Part shown: positions 1 to 12,769 of the stretch, piece by piece
Numbering within the stretch: the first letter of the stretch is position 1
Layout: every line of letters starts with the position of its first letter
Assembly: GCA_963555825.3 (NCBI GenBank)
Contig: CAUVXB020000001.1
Span: forward strand, 2,208,001-2,272,000
Length of the DNA stretch: 64,000 nt
Direction of reading: 5' to 3'
DNA from: Alphaproteobacteria bacterium
Lineage (GTDB): Bacteria; Pseudomonadota; Alphaproteobacteria; JAAXGF01
Made by a program: the position numbers and the translations under genes
The notes under the pieces: generated by a model
What the model saw: the letters and a program-made list of their open reading frames with translations, nothing else
Told to the model about the DNA's origin: nothing
The model's database searches: none

Positions 1-6
1 GACCTG

Positions 7-441
7 GTGGACAAACGCGATGAAGCCAACCGGGTCTGGCTCAAGGAAGCTTTTGACGCGGCACATAAATACAACTCGGGCGCCGTGGTCATCGCTTCCC
101 AGGCCGATGTGATAGATGTGGAAAATGACGTTCGCGACATGCCGTGCAGTCGCACCGTGCGCATGAGGTGCGATGCCTTTGCCCCATTCCGGGACCATCT
201 AATGCGCCTCGCGGCCGGTTTCAAGAAGCCGGTGCTGTTTGTTCATGGCGACACCAAATGGTTTTGCCTCGACAAGACGTTTGGCGGGAAAATAGCTCCC
301 TTGCTGTGGCGGCTCAATGCCCTGGGTGACACCACTTCTAAAGTCGACGCGACGGACATTACCGTGCGGTTCCACGATGAAAATCGGCCTTTCGAGATCA
401 AGCCACTGACAACCGACGAGTCGCTCGAAAAATGCCGCTAA
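7..441 (+). CDS. C-terminal part of a putative metallophosphoesterase-like protein (probably begins before the window)
   Basis: Open frame from the window edge; KPVLFVHGDT resembles the calcineurin-like xxVHGDxH motif; lower GC than its neighbours. Confidence 0.5.
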   Translation: MDKRDEANRVWLKEAFDAAHKYNSGAVVIASQADVIDVENDVRDMPCSRTVRMRCDAFAPFRDHLMRLAAGFKKPVLFVHGDTKWFCLDKTFGGKIAPLLWRLNALGDTTSKVDATDITVRFHDENRPFEIKPLTTDESLEKCR

Positions 442-520
442 TTCCGTTTGGATCGAGCCTCGACGTAGCGCGCCTCGAGCGCTTTGATTGAGCCCTGGAT
501 CGACGTGACCTTGGCGCGGA

Positions 521-1105
521 TCACCGGATCGAGGGGTGCGCTTCGAAATGTTCGACGGTGCCCGCCTCCATGTCGAACTTCTGGCGCTCGGACTGGTGCG
601 GGATCGCCGTGCCGTACAGGTGCAGGTGCATCTTGACGTCGTCGCCCGACATGTGGATCGAGTGGATGTCCTCGGGCATCAGGCAGACGCCGGCGCCGGG
701 GCGCACGGTGATCTCCCGGGCGACGCGCAGCTCGGCCTTGCCGGCGGCCGTGTCCTCGCCGACGCGCTCATAGATCCTGTTGTGCTCGTCGCCGCGCACG
801 CCGACCACGACCGCCCAGGTCTTGTGGTTGTGCGGCGGCGTGTTCTTCTCGTCGGTGCCGCAGTTGAGGTAGAGCGTGAAGCGGTGGTCGTCGTCCTCGC
901 TCAACAGGTAGAGCTGGCTGTCGCGGCCGCTCTCGGGCGGCGTGTACTCGGCGTGCGGGAACAGATCGGTCCGGTCGCCGAGCTTGATCAACTCGGCGCG
1001 GATCGCCTCGAGCGCGGTACGGGTCACGCCCTGGGCCGCCTCGATCTCGCGCACCGCCGCGATGGTCTCGGCGACCGCCGTCGCCCGTGCCTCGGCAACG
1101 CTCAT
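521..1105 (-). CDS. Cysteine dioxygenase-like cupin protein
   Basis: PPHNHKTWAVVVGVRGDEHN and PEDIHSI...HLHLYG cupin/CDO motifs; ATG at 1105 with GGAGG RBS. Confidence 0.8.
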   Translation of the reverse strand: MSVAEARATAVAETIAAVREIEAAQGVTRTALEAIRAELIKLGDRTDLFPHAEYTPPESGRDSQLYLLSEDDDHRFTLYLNCGTDEKNTPPHNHKTWAVVVGVRGDEHNRIYERVGEDTAAGKAELRVAREITVRPGAGVCLMPEDIHSIHMSGDDVKMHLHLYGTAIPHQSERQKFDMEAGTVEHFEAHPSIR

Positions 1106-1181
1106 GTCAGCCTCCGTCGTATCCCTGAATGTCCTCGGCCGATGATCGCGCAATCGGCCCGCGCCGTCCAGTCCGGTGCGT

Positions 1182-1994
1182 TCAATCGGGCAGCGTCTGG
1201 GCAAGCCGTCCACCGAGGCGCAATGGCTGGACGTCGAGCGCAAGCCCGGTGGTATCGTCGGTCTCGACCACGGTGCCGCACAGCGTTGCCTCGCCGAGCG
1301 CGGGCGTCAGTCGGCCGGTCGGCATCTGCCGCGTGAAGCGCGCGACCGCCAGCGACTTCTCCATGCCGATCACCGAATCATAATCGCCGCACATGCCGGC
1401 GTCGGTGTGATAGGCGGTGCCGCCGGGCAGGATCTGCGCGTCCGCGGTCGGCACGTGGGTGTGGCTGCCGACCGCGAGCGAGGCGCGGCCGTCGACGACA
1501 TGGCCGAGCGCCATCTTCTCGCTGGTCGCCTCGCCGTGGATGTCGACGACGCAGGCGGCCACCGTGCCGCCCAGCCGGTGTTGCGCCAGCGCGGCCTCGA
1601 CGGCGGCGAACGGATCGTCGAGCGTCGGCATGAACAACCGGCACATGACGTGCACGACCAGCACCTTGCGGCCCCGCTTCGCCTCGAACACCCCGGCGCC
1701 GCGCCCCGGTGTGCCCTTGGGATAGTTGAGCGGGCGCAGCAGCCGCGGGTCGCTGTCGATATAGGTGATGATCTCGCGCTGGTCCCAGACGTGGTTGCCG
1801 GTCGTGATGACGTCGGCGCCGGCGGCATAGAACTCGGCGCAGATCTTCGCCGTGATGCCAAAGCCGGCGGCCGCGTTCTCGCCGTTGAGCACGACGAAGT
1901 CGAGACCGAGTTCGTCGCGCAGGCCGGGCAGCCGGCCGGTCACCACGTCGCGTCCGGCGCGGCCGACGACGTCGCCGATGAACAGGATCTTCAC
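1182..1994 (-). CDS. ymdB: YmdB/TIGR00282 family metallophosphoesterase
   Basis: ILFIGDVVG, NGENAAAG, GNHVWD, DIHGEATSEK, GSHTHVPTAD motifs; GTG start overlaps the upstream stop. Confidence 0.9.
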   Translation of the reverse strand: MKILFIGDVVGRAGRDVVTGRLPGLRDELGLDFVVLNGENAAAGFGITAKICAEFYAAGADVITTGNHVWDQREIITYIDSDPRLLRPLNYPKGTPGRGAGVFEAKRGRKVLVVHVMCRLFMPTLDDPFAAVEAALAQHRLGGTVAACVVDIHGEATSEKMALGHVVDGRASLAVGSHTHVPTADAQILPGGTAYHTDAGMCGDYDSVIGMEKSLAVARFTRQMPTGRLTPALGEATLCGTVVETDDTTGLALDVQPLRLGGRLAQTLPD

Positions 1995-2578
1995 GCGAAG
2001 GCCACCGCGCGGCACTCGGTCACCAGCCAATCGAGCGGCTGGTCGTTGGTGTTCGTCGGCACCGACGCGATGCATTGTGCGTCGAAGCTTATGCCGACCG
2101 CGGTCACCGCCGAGCCGGCCGCGCGCAGGCCATCGAGCGTGCGGTCGTAGAAGCCGCCGCCATAGCCGAGCCGAAAACCGCGCGGATCGACCGCGAGCAG
2201 GGGCACCAGCAACAGGCTGGGCGTTACCTCGGCCGCCGCCTCGCCGGGCACCGAGGTGCCGAAGACGGCCGGCTCGAGGGTATCGCCCGGCCGCCAGCGC
2301 CGGAAGACGAGCGGCCGTCCCTTGCCGAGGACCACCGGCAGGCCGATCGGATGGCCGCGTGCGTCGAGCGCGCCGAGCAGCGGGCGCGCATCGAACTCGT
2401 CGTCCATCGGCCAATAGCCGGAAACGACACAACCGGGCGCCGGCGTGATCGCGTCGAAGAATTGGCTGACCGCGTGTTCGCCGGCATCGGGCGCGGCGGC
2501 GCGGGCTTCGCTCCGGCGCGCGCGGGTCTCGGCGCGCAGCAGGCGCTTCGCCTCGGCGGTCGGATCGGCGGTTGTCAT
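1991..2578 (-). CDS. ygfA: 5-formyltetrahydrofolate cyclo-ligase
   Basis: VPLLAVD..GFRLGYGGGFYDRTL motif; follows ssrS as is usual. Confidence 0.92.
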   Translation of the reverse strand: MTTADPTAEAKRLLRAETRARRSEARAAAPDAGEHAVSQFFDAITPAPGCVVSGYWPMDDEFDARPLLGALDARGHPIGLPVVLGKGRPLVFRRWRPGDTLEPAVFGTSVPGEAAAEVTPSLLLVPLLAVDPRGFRLGYGGGFYDRTLDGLRAAGSAVTAVGISFDAQCIASVPTNTNDQPLDWLVTECRAVAFA

Positions 2579-2607
2579 CGGGACGCCGCCGAGCGGCGGT
2601 GGAAGTT

Positions 2608-2770
2608 GAGCGGGACCGCCTCGACCGTCGGCCTATGCAAGTCCTCTGTGGCCTGCTTGTGCAGGTGGGCGCCATATTCCGAAACCACGGCTCCGGAAGG
2701 GACAGCTCCCGTTTGGTCGATATTGGCCCCAGGGAATAATGCGACCTGACGTGCCGCGCAGTGCCCGCCC
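2608..2770 (-). ncRNA. ssrS: 6S RNA
   Basis: zapA-ssrS-ygfA synteny; 5' GGGCGGG pairs with 3' CCCGCTC; ~163 nt; contains TTCCCTGGGGCC...GGGAGCTGTCCC typical of alphaproteobacterial 6S. Confidence 0.8.
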
Positions 2771-2783
2771 ATGCTTATCTTAA

Positions 2784-4425
2784 CCGACATTCCCCATATA
2801 CCATCCAAATTCGTGGAAATCGTACCACTTTCCCACCGCCAAGGGAACTGTATCCCCTATGCAGCCATCCGATGGCATGATTTTGGTAATCGGCCCGCGC
2901 TTGGAAGGCCACTCGGTCATTTTTCTCGCCATCCAGACACACCTCTCCTGTCGCTTTCTCCTCGCCGTCGATTCCCTCGGCCTACGCCGGAGCGGGTCTT
3001 CGTCGCAGATCATCAATCAAGCTCAGGATTTTCCGGAACAGGTCCCTCGGCACCGCCACCTCAGCCAATTGGAACGTAACGTAGCGGCCATGTCGGACAA
3101 CCTTGGCCCCGATCTTCACCAGCTTGTCGCGCAACGTCGTCATCGACCAGTGCTCCACCTCCTTCGGCAAAGCCAGTGTCCTCATGAAGTTGCCCAGATT
3201 GTAGGCCAGGGCGTGAAGCTGGAGCCGAACGGCATTGTTGCGGAACTTGCGACATGACAGACGGGTCCAGTTGATGGCGTTCTTGCCTTCCTTGATGTGC
3301 TGCTCCGCCGTGCCACGGTGATTATAGAACGCCACCACCCGCTTGGTAGGGCGCGACAGATTAGTGACGATGAAACCGACGCGAGGAACCAGCTCGCCGG
3401 GGTGCCACTCCACTTTGGCCACGACACGGCGCTTCTTGTTCCACGATCCGGCCTGATAGCTGAAGCTGGCGTGGAAACGGCGAACATGGTCGGGCGGGCG
3501 ACCGACAGGTCGCGTAAGCAGATGGGCAATGTTCCGCTGGAGAATCGCGTTCGCTTTGAGGCGGATGACGTAGAGTAATCCCTCGGCTTCGAGATATTCG
3601 TATATCTCCGGTGAGGCGAAGGCGGCATCGCCACGAAAATACAGCCGCACCTTCCTTTCCTTATAGCGCATCACCACCGGCTCCAGAACATTCCGCCATC
3701 CGTCGGCACTGTGAACATTACCGGGGCGCAGGGAACATCTCTCCAAGTCGCCGAACTGGTTGAACAGGAATAGCGGATGCTAGCAGGTACAGCCGAAGTG
3801 ACCATTGTACGCTGTTCCCTCTTGTTCGCCATGGGTCGGGCTGACGCTGCTGTCCATGTCGAGAATGATCATCTTCGGCGGATGGCGGTCATGAACCTTG
3901 TCGATCCACACCCCGTTCATGTCGACCAAGGCTTCAACGTTCTCGTCGGTGGCCAATAGCTCCGTCTCGAAGCGTCCCATCTGGCTGGTGGAAGCGGCCT
4001 GTCTTTCGATGGCCTTGCCGCCAACAATCCAGCGCATGGCGGGATCGCGTCCCAGACGGTCGGCGTCGTTCACATCGTCATAGCCGCCAAGGCGCCCGAA
4101 AACGGACTGGCGAAACTGACCCGTCATGCCGTGCCATCCGTTCTTGCCGGTACGGCTATCCTGGAAAACACCCTCGGCCATCTCAGTCAGGCCGAGGGCA
4201 TCGTCAAGCTCCCGGTAGGCGAGCAACCCGGCATCAGAGGTGATCTTGGAACCGTGGAATTCAAGCTTCAATCGACGGTCAAAAACGACCCGAAGGCACC
4301 CCGGTTTCGATTCACCCATCGGGTGTGCCATATCCGCCGCTCCATGTATGCTACAACTTCATGATTCTTATAGCAGAATCGCCTTCTCGCCGCACTGAAT
4401 ATCGACGATACTTGGGAAATGCGGG
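2784..4425 (-). mobile_element. IS1380-family element, copy 1 (1642 bp)
   Basis: Imperfect terminal IRs CCCGCATTTCCCA / CCGACATTCCCCA; 5-bp TSD CTTAA at 2779-2783 and 4426-4430; near-identical to copy 2. Confidence 0.92.
2982..4331 (-). pseudogene. IS1380 DDE transposase with an in-frame TAG at 3780-3782
   Basis: ORFs 3780..4331 and 2982..3746 share a frame (GHFGCTC*HPLF, where family members usually read CYHP); ITSDAGLL, LDMDS, FRGDAAF, YNHRGTAEQHIKEGK motifs. Confidence 0.85.
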
Positions 4426-4426
4426 C

Positions 4427-4768
4427 TTAAGCACTCTCGAGGTGGTCTGCAATATCCTCGATCCGACGGGCGATGGCCTCCATGACGGGCGCGACCGCGG
4501 CGTCGGGCTCCGGCGCCGTCGCTTTCTTCACCTTGGCCGCGGTGGCGCCCAGGCGGTCGATCTCGGCGCCGGCGTCGAACAGCTTGTCGCACAGCACCAG
4601 GCTCGCCATCACCATGAGCCGAAGGTCGCCGACGTTGCCAACGCTCTCGACCAGCTCGGCGACCCGGTCGTCGACATAGGCGCCGAGGCGCTTGATCCGC
4701 TCCTCCTCGCCGTCCTCGCAGGCGATGTTGTAGTCGCGGCCATTGACCGACAGCGTGACCTGGCCCAT
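4427..4768 (-). CDS. zapA: Cell division protein ZapA
   Basis: MGQVTLSVNGRDYNIACEDGEE...RLMVMASL motif; ssrS synteny. Confidence 0.9.
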   Translation of the reverse strand: MGQVTLSVNGRDYNIACEDGEEERIKRLGAYVDDRVAELVESVGNVGDLRLMVMASLVLCDKLFDAGAEIDRLGATAAKVKKATAPEPDAAVAPVMEAIARRIEDIADHLESA

Positions 4769-4769
4769 G

Positions 4770-5009
4770 TCAGCCCTCCAGAACGGTCTTGAGGTGCGCG
4801 ATCGCGGCGTCGAGCCGGCCCGTTGCCGTCTCGGTCACCTGCTCCAGCGCGGCGTAGTCGTTGCGTATCTTCTCAAGATCGGCGCTCAATTGCTGTTGAT
4901 CGCCCTGCGGCGCGCCCCCTGCGGTCGCTTGTTCCTTGAGCCTGCGCGCCGCGGCCTCAAGCCTGTCGAGTGCGGCCTCCAATTTTTGCTGTGCTTCTGT
5001 CGGGCTCAT
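4770..5009 (-). CDS. Small coiled-coil protein upstream of zapA (DUF4164/ZapB-like)
   Basis: Helical heptads, C-terminal RLDAAIAHLKTVLEG; conserved position before zapA. Confidence 0.7.
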   Translation of the reverse strand: MSPTEAQQKLEAALDRLEAAARRLKEQATAGGAPQGDQQQLSADLEKIRNDYAALEQVTETATGRLDAAIAHLKTVLEG

Positions 5010-5140
5010 AATCAAACAATTTCAGTGTGTTACATTGAAACACTCATGCCTTGCTAAGGCTTTTAAGTCATATCGCACGGAACGCGCGGCGTCAATCGCG
5101 CCCGGTGAGCAGCGCCGGCCGCGCGGCGGCAACAAGCCGG

Positions 5141-5169
5141 TTGACGTTGCAGACGCGGGAAGCCATGGT
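5141..5169 (+). promoter_or_regulatory. Putative sigma70 promoter for tkt
   Basis: TTGACG-N17-CATGGT. Confidence 0.35.
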
Positions 5170-5194
5170 GCGACGCGCCCGCGAGGCGCTCACC

Positions 5195-5467
5195 CTAACC
5201 CGGAATTCTCGCCATGGACAGGTGCGGCACGGCGGATATCGGACGACAGGCGAGGAAAAGCGCGCGGCGCGATGCTTGCGCATCGGGCAAACGCTTTGAC
5301 GCCGCCTGTCGTCCGATATCCACCGCCCTTCGGGTCGCGCCGGGCGGGCCGCCCGCGGCGTCGAAGGCCTTGCGCGTAGCCCAGGCTATGCGCGGCGGCC
5401 TTCTTCTGGCGGATCGGCGCCGCCCGACGCGATGACGCGCCTGTCCATGGTGACAAGGCCGGGCTAG
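5195..5467. repeat. ~273-bp MITE-like palindromic element, copy 1
   Basis: ~28-bp imperfect terminal IRs ending in CCATGGACAGG; internal hairpins; diverged inverted copy at 38947-39220. Confidence 0.8.
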
Positions 5468-5495
5468 ACGCAACTGATCACGAATTTTCCCGCAT

Positions 5496-7502
5496 ATGAC
5501 GATGGCCCAATCCACTGACGAGGCTGCCGCCGTCGGCCACCACGAGATGGCCAACGCCATCCGCGCCCTGGCGATGGACGCGGTTCAGGCGGCCAATTCG
5601 GGCCACCCCGGCATGCCGATGGGCATGGCCGACGTGGCGACCGTCCTGTTCGACCAATTCCTCAAGTTCGATGCGAGCCGCCCCGACTGGCCCGACCGCG
5701 ACCGTTTCGTGCTGTCGGCCGGCCATGGCTCGATGCTGCTCTATTCGCTGCTCTATCTGACCGGTTACGAGAACATGACGATCGACCAGCTGCGCAGCTT
5801 CCGCCAGCTCGGCAGCCGCACGCCCGGCCACCCCGAATACGGCCATACGGCGGGCGTCGAGACGACCACCGGGCCGCTCGGCCAGGGCCTCGGCAACGCG
5901 GTCGGCATGGCGCTCGCCGAGCGTCACCTGGCGGCGCGTTTCGGGCCGGATGCGGTCGATCACCACACTTATGTCATCGCCAGCGACGGCGATTTGATGG
6001 AGGGCCTCAGTCACGAGGCGGCGTCGCTCGCCGGCCATCTGGGCCTCGGCAGGCTCATCGTGCTGTACGACGACAACGGCATTTCGATCGACGGCTCTAC
6101 CGCTCTATCGCTCTCTGACGATGCGCTCGGCCGCTTCGCGGCCTATGGCTGGGAGACGGCGGCCGTCGACGGCCACGATCCGGACGCGGTCGCCGCCGCG
6201 ATCGCCGCCGCGCGCGGCGGCGACCGGCCGTCGCTGATCGCCTGCCGCACGACGATCGGCTACGGCGCGCCGACCAAGGCGGGTACGGCGGCGGCCCACG
6301 GCGCGGCCTTGGGCGCGGACGAGATCGCCGGCGCGCGCGAAGCGCTCGGCTGGCCCCATCCACCGTTCGAGGTGCCCGACGACATATTGGCGCGCTGGCG
6401 TGACTGTGGCGCCCGGGGCGCTGGCGAGGCGGCGTCGTGGGACGCCCGCATCGCCGGCCTCGATGCCGCGACGCGCGCTGAATTCGAACGCGTCCAGCGG
6501 GGTGGCCTGCCGGACGGCTGGCACGACGTGGTCGTCGCGCACAAGGCGCGCCTCGCCGACGAGCGACCCACTTGGGCGACGCGCAAGGCGAGCCAGGAAG
6601 CGCTCGAGGTGCTGATTCCGGCGATCCCGGAGATGGTCGGCGGTTCGGCCGACTTGACCGGCTCGAACAACACCAAGGCGGGCAACATGGCGGCCATCTC
6701 GGCCGGCAGCTACGGCGGCCGCTACATCTATTACGGCGTTCGCGAGCACGGCATGGCGGCGGCCATGAACGGCATGGCGATCCACGGCGGCGTCATCCCC
6801 TACGGCGGCACCTTCCTGATGTTCACCGACTACTGCCGGCCGTCGATCCGCCTGGCGGCGCTCTCGGGGCTGCGCGTCGTTTATGTCATGACCCATGATT
6901 CGATCGGCCTCGGCGAAGACGGGCCGACGCACCAGCCGATCGAGCATCTCGCGTCGCTGCGCGCGATGCCCAACCTCAACGTCTTGCGCCCGGCCGACGC
7001 CATCGAGACCGTCGAGTGCTGGGCGCTCGCGCTCGCCGCGCCGCACACCCCCTCGGTCATCGTACTGACCCGCCAGGGTCTGGCCACGGTGCGCACCAGT
7101 CATACCGAGGAGAACCTCTGCGCGCGCGGCGGCTACACGCTCGCCGCAGCCGACGGCGCGGCGCGGGCAACGCTGATCGCGACCGGTTCCGAGGTCGGCG
7201 TCGCGCTCGCCGCGCGCGAGACGCTACAGGCCGAGGGCGTGCCGACCGACGTCGTCTCGCTGCCGTGCTGGGAGTTGTTCGACCGCCAGGACGCCGATTA
7301 TCGCGCCCAGGTGCTCGGCGCCGACACCGCGCGCGTCGCGGTCGAAGCGGCGGCGCCGTTCGGCTGGGAGCGCTATGTCGGCGACCGCGGCACGGTCATC
7401 GGCATGACGAGCTTCGGCGCCTCGGCGCCGGCCAAGGACCTGTTCGCCCACTTCGGCATCACCGCCGAGGCCGTCGTCGCCGCCGTCAAGGAACGGCTCT
7501 AG
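5496..7502 (+). CDS. tkt: Transketolase
   Basis: [43 protein letters not shown]. Confidence 0.98.
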   Translation: MTMAQSTDEAAAVGHHEMANAIRALAMDAVQAANSGHPGMPMGMADVATVLFDQFLKFDASRPDWPDRDRFVLSAGHGSMLLYSLLYLTGYENMTIDQLRSFRQLGSRTPGHPEYGHTAGVETTTGPLGQGLGNAVGMALAERHLAARFGPDAVDHHTYVIASDGDLMEGLSHEAASLAGHLGLGRLIVLYDDNGISIDGSTALSLSDDALGRFAAYGWETAAVDGHDPDAVAAAIAAARGGDRPSLIACRTTIGYGAPTKAGTAAAHGAALGADEIAGAREALGWPHPPFEVPDDILARWRDCGARGAGEAASWDARIAGLDAATRAEFERVQRGGLPDGWHDVVVAHKARLADERPTWATRKASQEALEVLIPAIPEMVGGSADLTGSNNTKAGNMAAISAGSYGGRYIYYGVREHGMAAAMNGMAIHGGVIPYGGTFLMFTDYCRPSIRLAALSGLRVVYVMTHDSIGLGEDGPTHQPIEHLASLRAMPNLNVLRPADAIETVECWALALAAPHTPSVIVLTRQGLATVRTSHTEENLCARGGYTLAAADGAARATLIATGSEVGVALAARETLQAEGVPTDVVSLPCWELFDRQDADYRAQVLGADTARVAVEAAAPFGWERYVGDRGTVIGMTSFGASAPAKDLFAHFGITAEAVVAAVKERL

Positions 7503-7521
7503 TATTCCCTGGCCCGATTAG

Positions 7522-9850
7522 GTGCAGGTGACCGACCTCGGCATCAACCAACCGGTCGAGCGGCGCGAGGACGCGCGGCTGCTGGCCGGGGCCGGTTCAT
7601 CGCCGACGCGCAGCCGCCCGGCACGGTGCATGGCGTCGTGTTGCGCTCGCCACACGGCCATGCCCGCATCGAAAACCTCGACGTCGGCGCGGCATCCACG
7701 GCGCCCGGCGTCCTCGCCGTCATCACCGCCGCCGACCTCGCCGCCGACGGTGTCGGTGAGAACCCGTTGTTGTTCAAGCCGCCGGTACGCGAGGGCACGG
7801 TATTCGTCGAACACCTGCCGCCGGTGCTCGCCGCCGAGGTCGTGCGTTTCGTCGGCGATGGCGTCGCCTTCGTCGTCGCCGAGACGCTCGATCAGGCGCG
7901 CGACGCCGCCGAGCTGGTCGAGGTCGACTACGCGCCGCTGCCCGCGATCGCCGATTACCAAGCGGCGGCGCGCGACGATGCGCCGGCCGTCTGGGACGAC
8001 GCCCCCGACAACATCGTCTTCACCTATGAGATCGGCGATCGGGCGGCGACCGACGCGGCGCTGGCCGCCGCCGCGCATTCGTCGAGCTCGAAGTCCTGAA
8101 CAACCGCGTCGTGGTCAACGCGATCGAGACGCGCGGCGCGATCGGCCAGTGGGACGCCGCGCGCGGCAAGTTCACCCTCGAGACCGGCACGCAGATGCCG
8201 AACCGCAAGAAGCTGCAGCTCACCGAGCATGTCTTCGACATCGACGCCGATGCGCTGCGTGTCGTCGTCAGCGACGTCGGCGGCGGCTTCGGCGGCAAGA
8301 ACACGTTGTATCCCGAGCACGTCCTGGTGCTCTACGCGGCGCGCCGGCTGGGCCGTCCGGTCTGCTGGATCGGCGAACGCGGCGAGGCCTTCACCGCCGA
8401 CTACCACGGCCGCGACAACCTGACGCGCGCCCGGCTCGCGCTCGACGGCGACGGACACATGCTCGGCATCGCGATCTCGACGCGCGCCAACATCGGCGCC
8501 TACACCTCCGACCGCGCGGCGATCGCGCCGGTCAACAGCGTCACCATGATCCCAAACATCTATCGCGTGCCGGCGCTCCACGCCGAGGTCCGCGGGGTCT
8601 ACACCAACACCCAGCCGACGACGGTCTACCGTGGCGCAGGCCGGCCCGAGGGCCTCTACCTGATCGAGCGGCTGATCGATGTCGCGGCGCACGACTTACG
8701 CATCGACCGGGTCGAATTGCGCCGCCGCAACCTGATCCCGGCCGACGCCCTGCCGCACCGGACGCCGACCGGCGTGACGTACGATACCGCCGACTTCGCC
8801 GCCATCATCGAGGCCGCGACGGAACGCGCCGACTGGGCGGGCGCCGCGGCGCGCAAGGCCGCGGCCGCCGAGCGCGGCAAGCTGCGCGGCATCGGCATGG
8901 CAAGCTATGTCGAGCGAACCGGCGGCGGCGCGGCGATGGGCGAGAGCGCGCGGATTTCTTTCGACGGCGACGGCAACGCCGCGGTCATGGTCGGCTCGAT
9001 GGCCAACGGCCAGGGACACGAGACGATGTTCAGCCAGATCGTCGCCGATCGCCTGGGTCTGCCGTTCGACAAGATCGCCATCGTCGAGGGCGACACCGAC
9101 CGGGTGGCGACCGGCTCGGGCACCGGCGGCTCGTGGTCGGCGGTGCTCGGCGGCGGCGCGATCTGGCTGGCCGCCGAGCGCATCGTCGACACGGGCCGTG
9201 TGATCGCCGCCCATCTGCTGCAGGCATCGTCCGGCGAAATCGAGTTTGACAGGGGCGTCTTCCGGGTCGCCGGGACCGACCGGTCCGTGACGCTCGAGGC
9301 GGTCGCCCGGGCCGCACAGGATCCCGCCAGCCTGCCGCCGGATAGTGCGCCCGGCCTCGACGAGACGGCCCGCTTCACGCCCACCGATCACACCTACCCA
9401 TACGGCTGCCACGTCTGCGAGGTCGAGATCGACCGCGAGACCGGCACTGTCGAGATCATCGGCTACACCGCGGTGCACGACTTCGGCGTGGCGCTCAACC
9501 CGTTGATGCTGGCCGGCCAATTCCATGGCGGCGTCGCGCAAGGGCTCGGCCAGGCGCTACACGAGCACACCGCATACGACGCCGACGGCCAGGTGCTGAG
9601 CGGCTCGTTCATGGACTACCGCCTGCCGCGCGCCGACGACCTGCCGGCATTCGACTACGTCATGCAGCAGACGCCGGCCGCGCAGAACCCGATGGGCATC
9701 AAGGGCGGCGCCGAATCGGGCGCCGCCGGCGCGCCGCCGGCCGCGGTCAACGCAGTGGTCGACGCGCTCGCCCCGTTCGGCGTCCGCCACCTCGACATGC
9801 CGGCGACGCCCGAGAAGATCTGGCGGCTGATCCAGAGCGGCGAAGGATAG
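7522..9850 (+). pseudogene. Xanthine dehydrogenase/CoxL-like molybdoprotein large subunit with two frameshifts (~7595, ~8080)
   Basis: RREDARLL, RSPHGHARI, VGGGFGGK, VYRGAGRPE, GQGHET, GIKGGAE pieces lie in three frames; the frameshifts could be consensus errors. Confidence 0.75.
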
Positions 9851-9969
9851 TCAACGGCGTCCGGTTGGGTCGTCGCCCTATTGGCTCTACATCGCTGTTG
9901 ACCCACGGCGGCGAGGCGTCTAGACCAGCGGCGCACGCCACAACTCGCTATGTCTCCAGGAGAAAGTGA

Positions 9970-10974
<1,005 letters not shown>

Positions 10975-10999
10975 TGCGTCAGCCGAACACACGGCCGGC

Positions 11000-11111
11000 A
11001 TCTACCAGCCTGCGACTGCAGGCCGCCGACCGTTCGGCCAGTCTTGATCCGATAAGATTGGCATGCGCGGCGATTGAGCGCAGGTCATCTTCACAGCGTG
11101 AAGGTGACCGG
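11000..11111 (+). repeat. Structured intergenic repeat family B, copy 1
   Basis: Core GGCCGCCGACCGTTCGGC...GCATGCGCGGCGATTGAGCGCAGGTCA-hairpin-TGACCG shared with 20519, 47242 and 53551. Confidence 0.75.
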
Positions 11112-11122
11112 AAACCAAACTA

Positions 11123-12316
<1,194 letters not shown>

Positions 12317-12328
12317 TCCGGTTCGCCG

Positions 12329-12769
12329 ATGGGCCGGCCCGTCATCGTCTTCCACAACCTCGAACACGCCCGCGCCGCGCTCGCCGGCGCGGTCGAGGCG
12401 GATGTCGCGATCACCCTGCGCAGCGCGCCCGGCGCCGCGGCCTACGCCGGCGCCGGCTATCTCAAGGCGATCGCCGACGCCGCCACCAAAGGCCACCCGG
12501 ACGCCCGAGTGACCTGGGTCATCGACTGCGGCGCCGACGCCGGTACGGCGCTCGGCGCGCTGCGCATCGGCTGGCAACGCGTGCGCTTTTCGGGCCCCGA
12601 TTCACTGCGTGAAAAACTCACCGACATTGCCGCCCAACAGGATGCCACGGTAACCGGCGAGACCACCGGCGAGACGGTTCTCGACCTCCTCGACACTACC
12701 GGCCCAGAAGCAACCTGCCTGGCCTTCCTCGACAAAGCACGGGCCCGCGACCCATCCAGCAAAGGTTGA
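12329..12769 (+). CDS. Conserved hypothetical protein (aldolase-like fold possible)
   Basis: Typical codon usage; LRSAPGAAAYAG and IDCGADAGTALGALRIG; sits between pgk and fba. Confidence 0.65.
   Translation: MGRPVIVFHNLEHARAALAGAVEADVAITLRSAPGAAAYAGAGYLKAIADAATKGHPDARVTWVIDCGADAGTALGALRIGWQRVRFSGPDSLREKLTDIAAQQDATVTGETTGETVLDLLDTTGPEATCLAFLDKARARDPSSKG

Noticed and set aside
11000-11111. Assigning repeat family B to a known ribozyme class
   Set aside because: Could not fit the hammerhead (no CTGANGA/GAAA) or a complete HDV-like topology by eye
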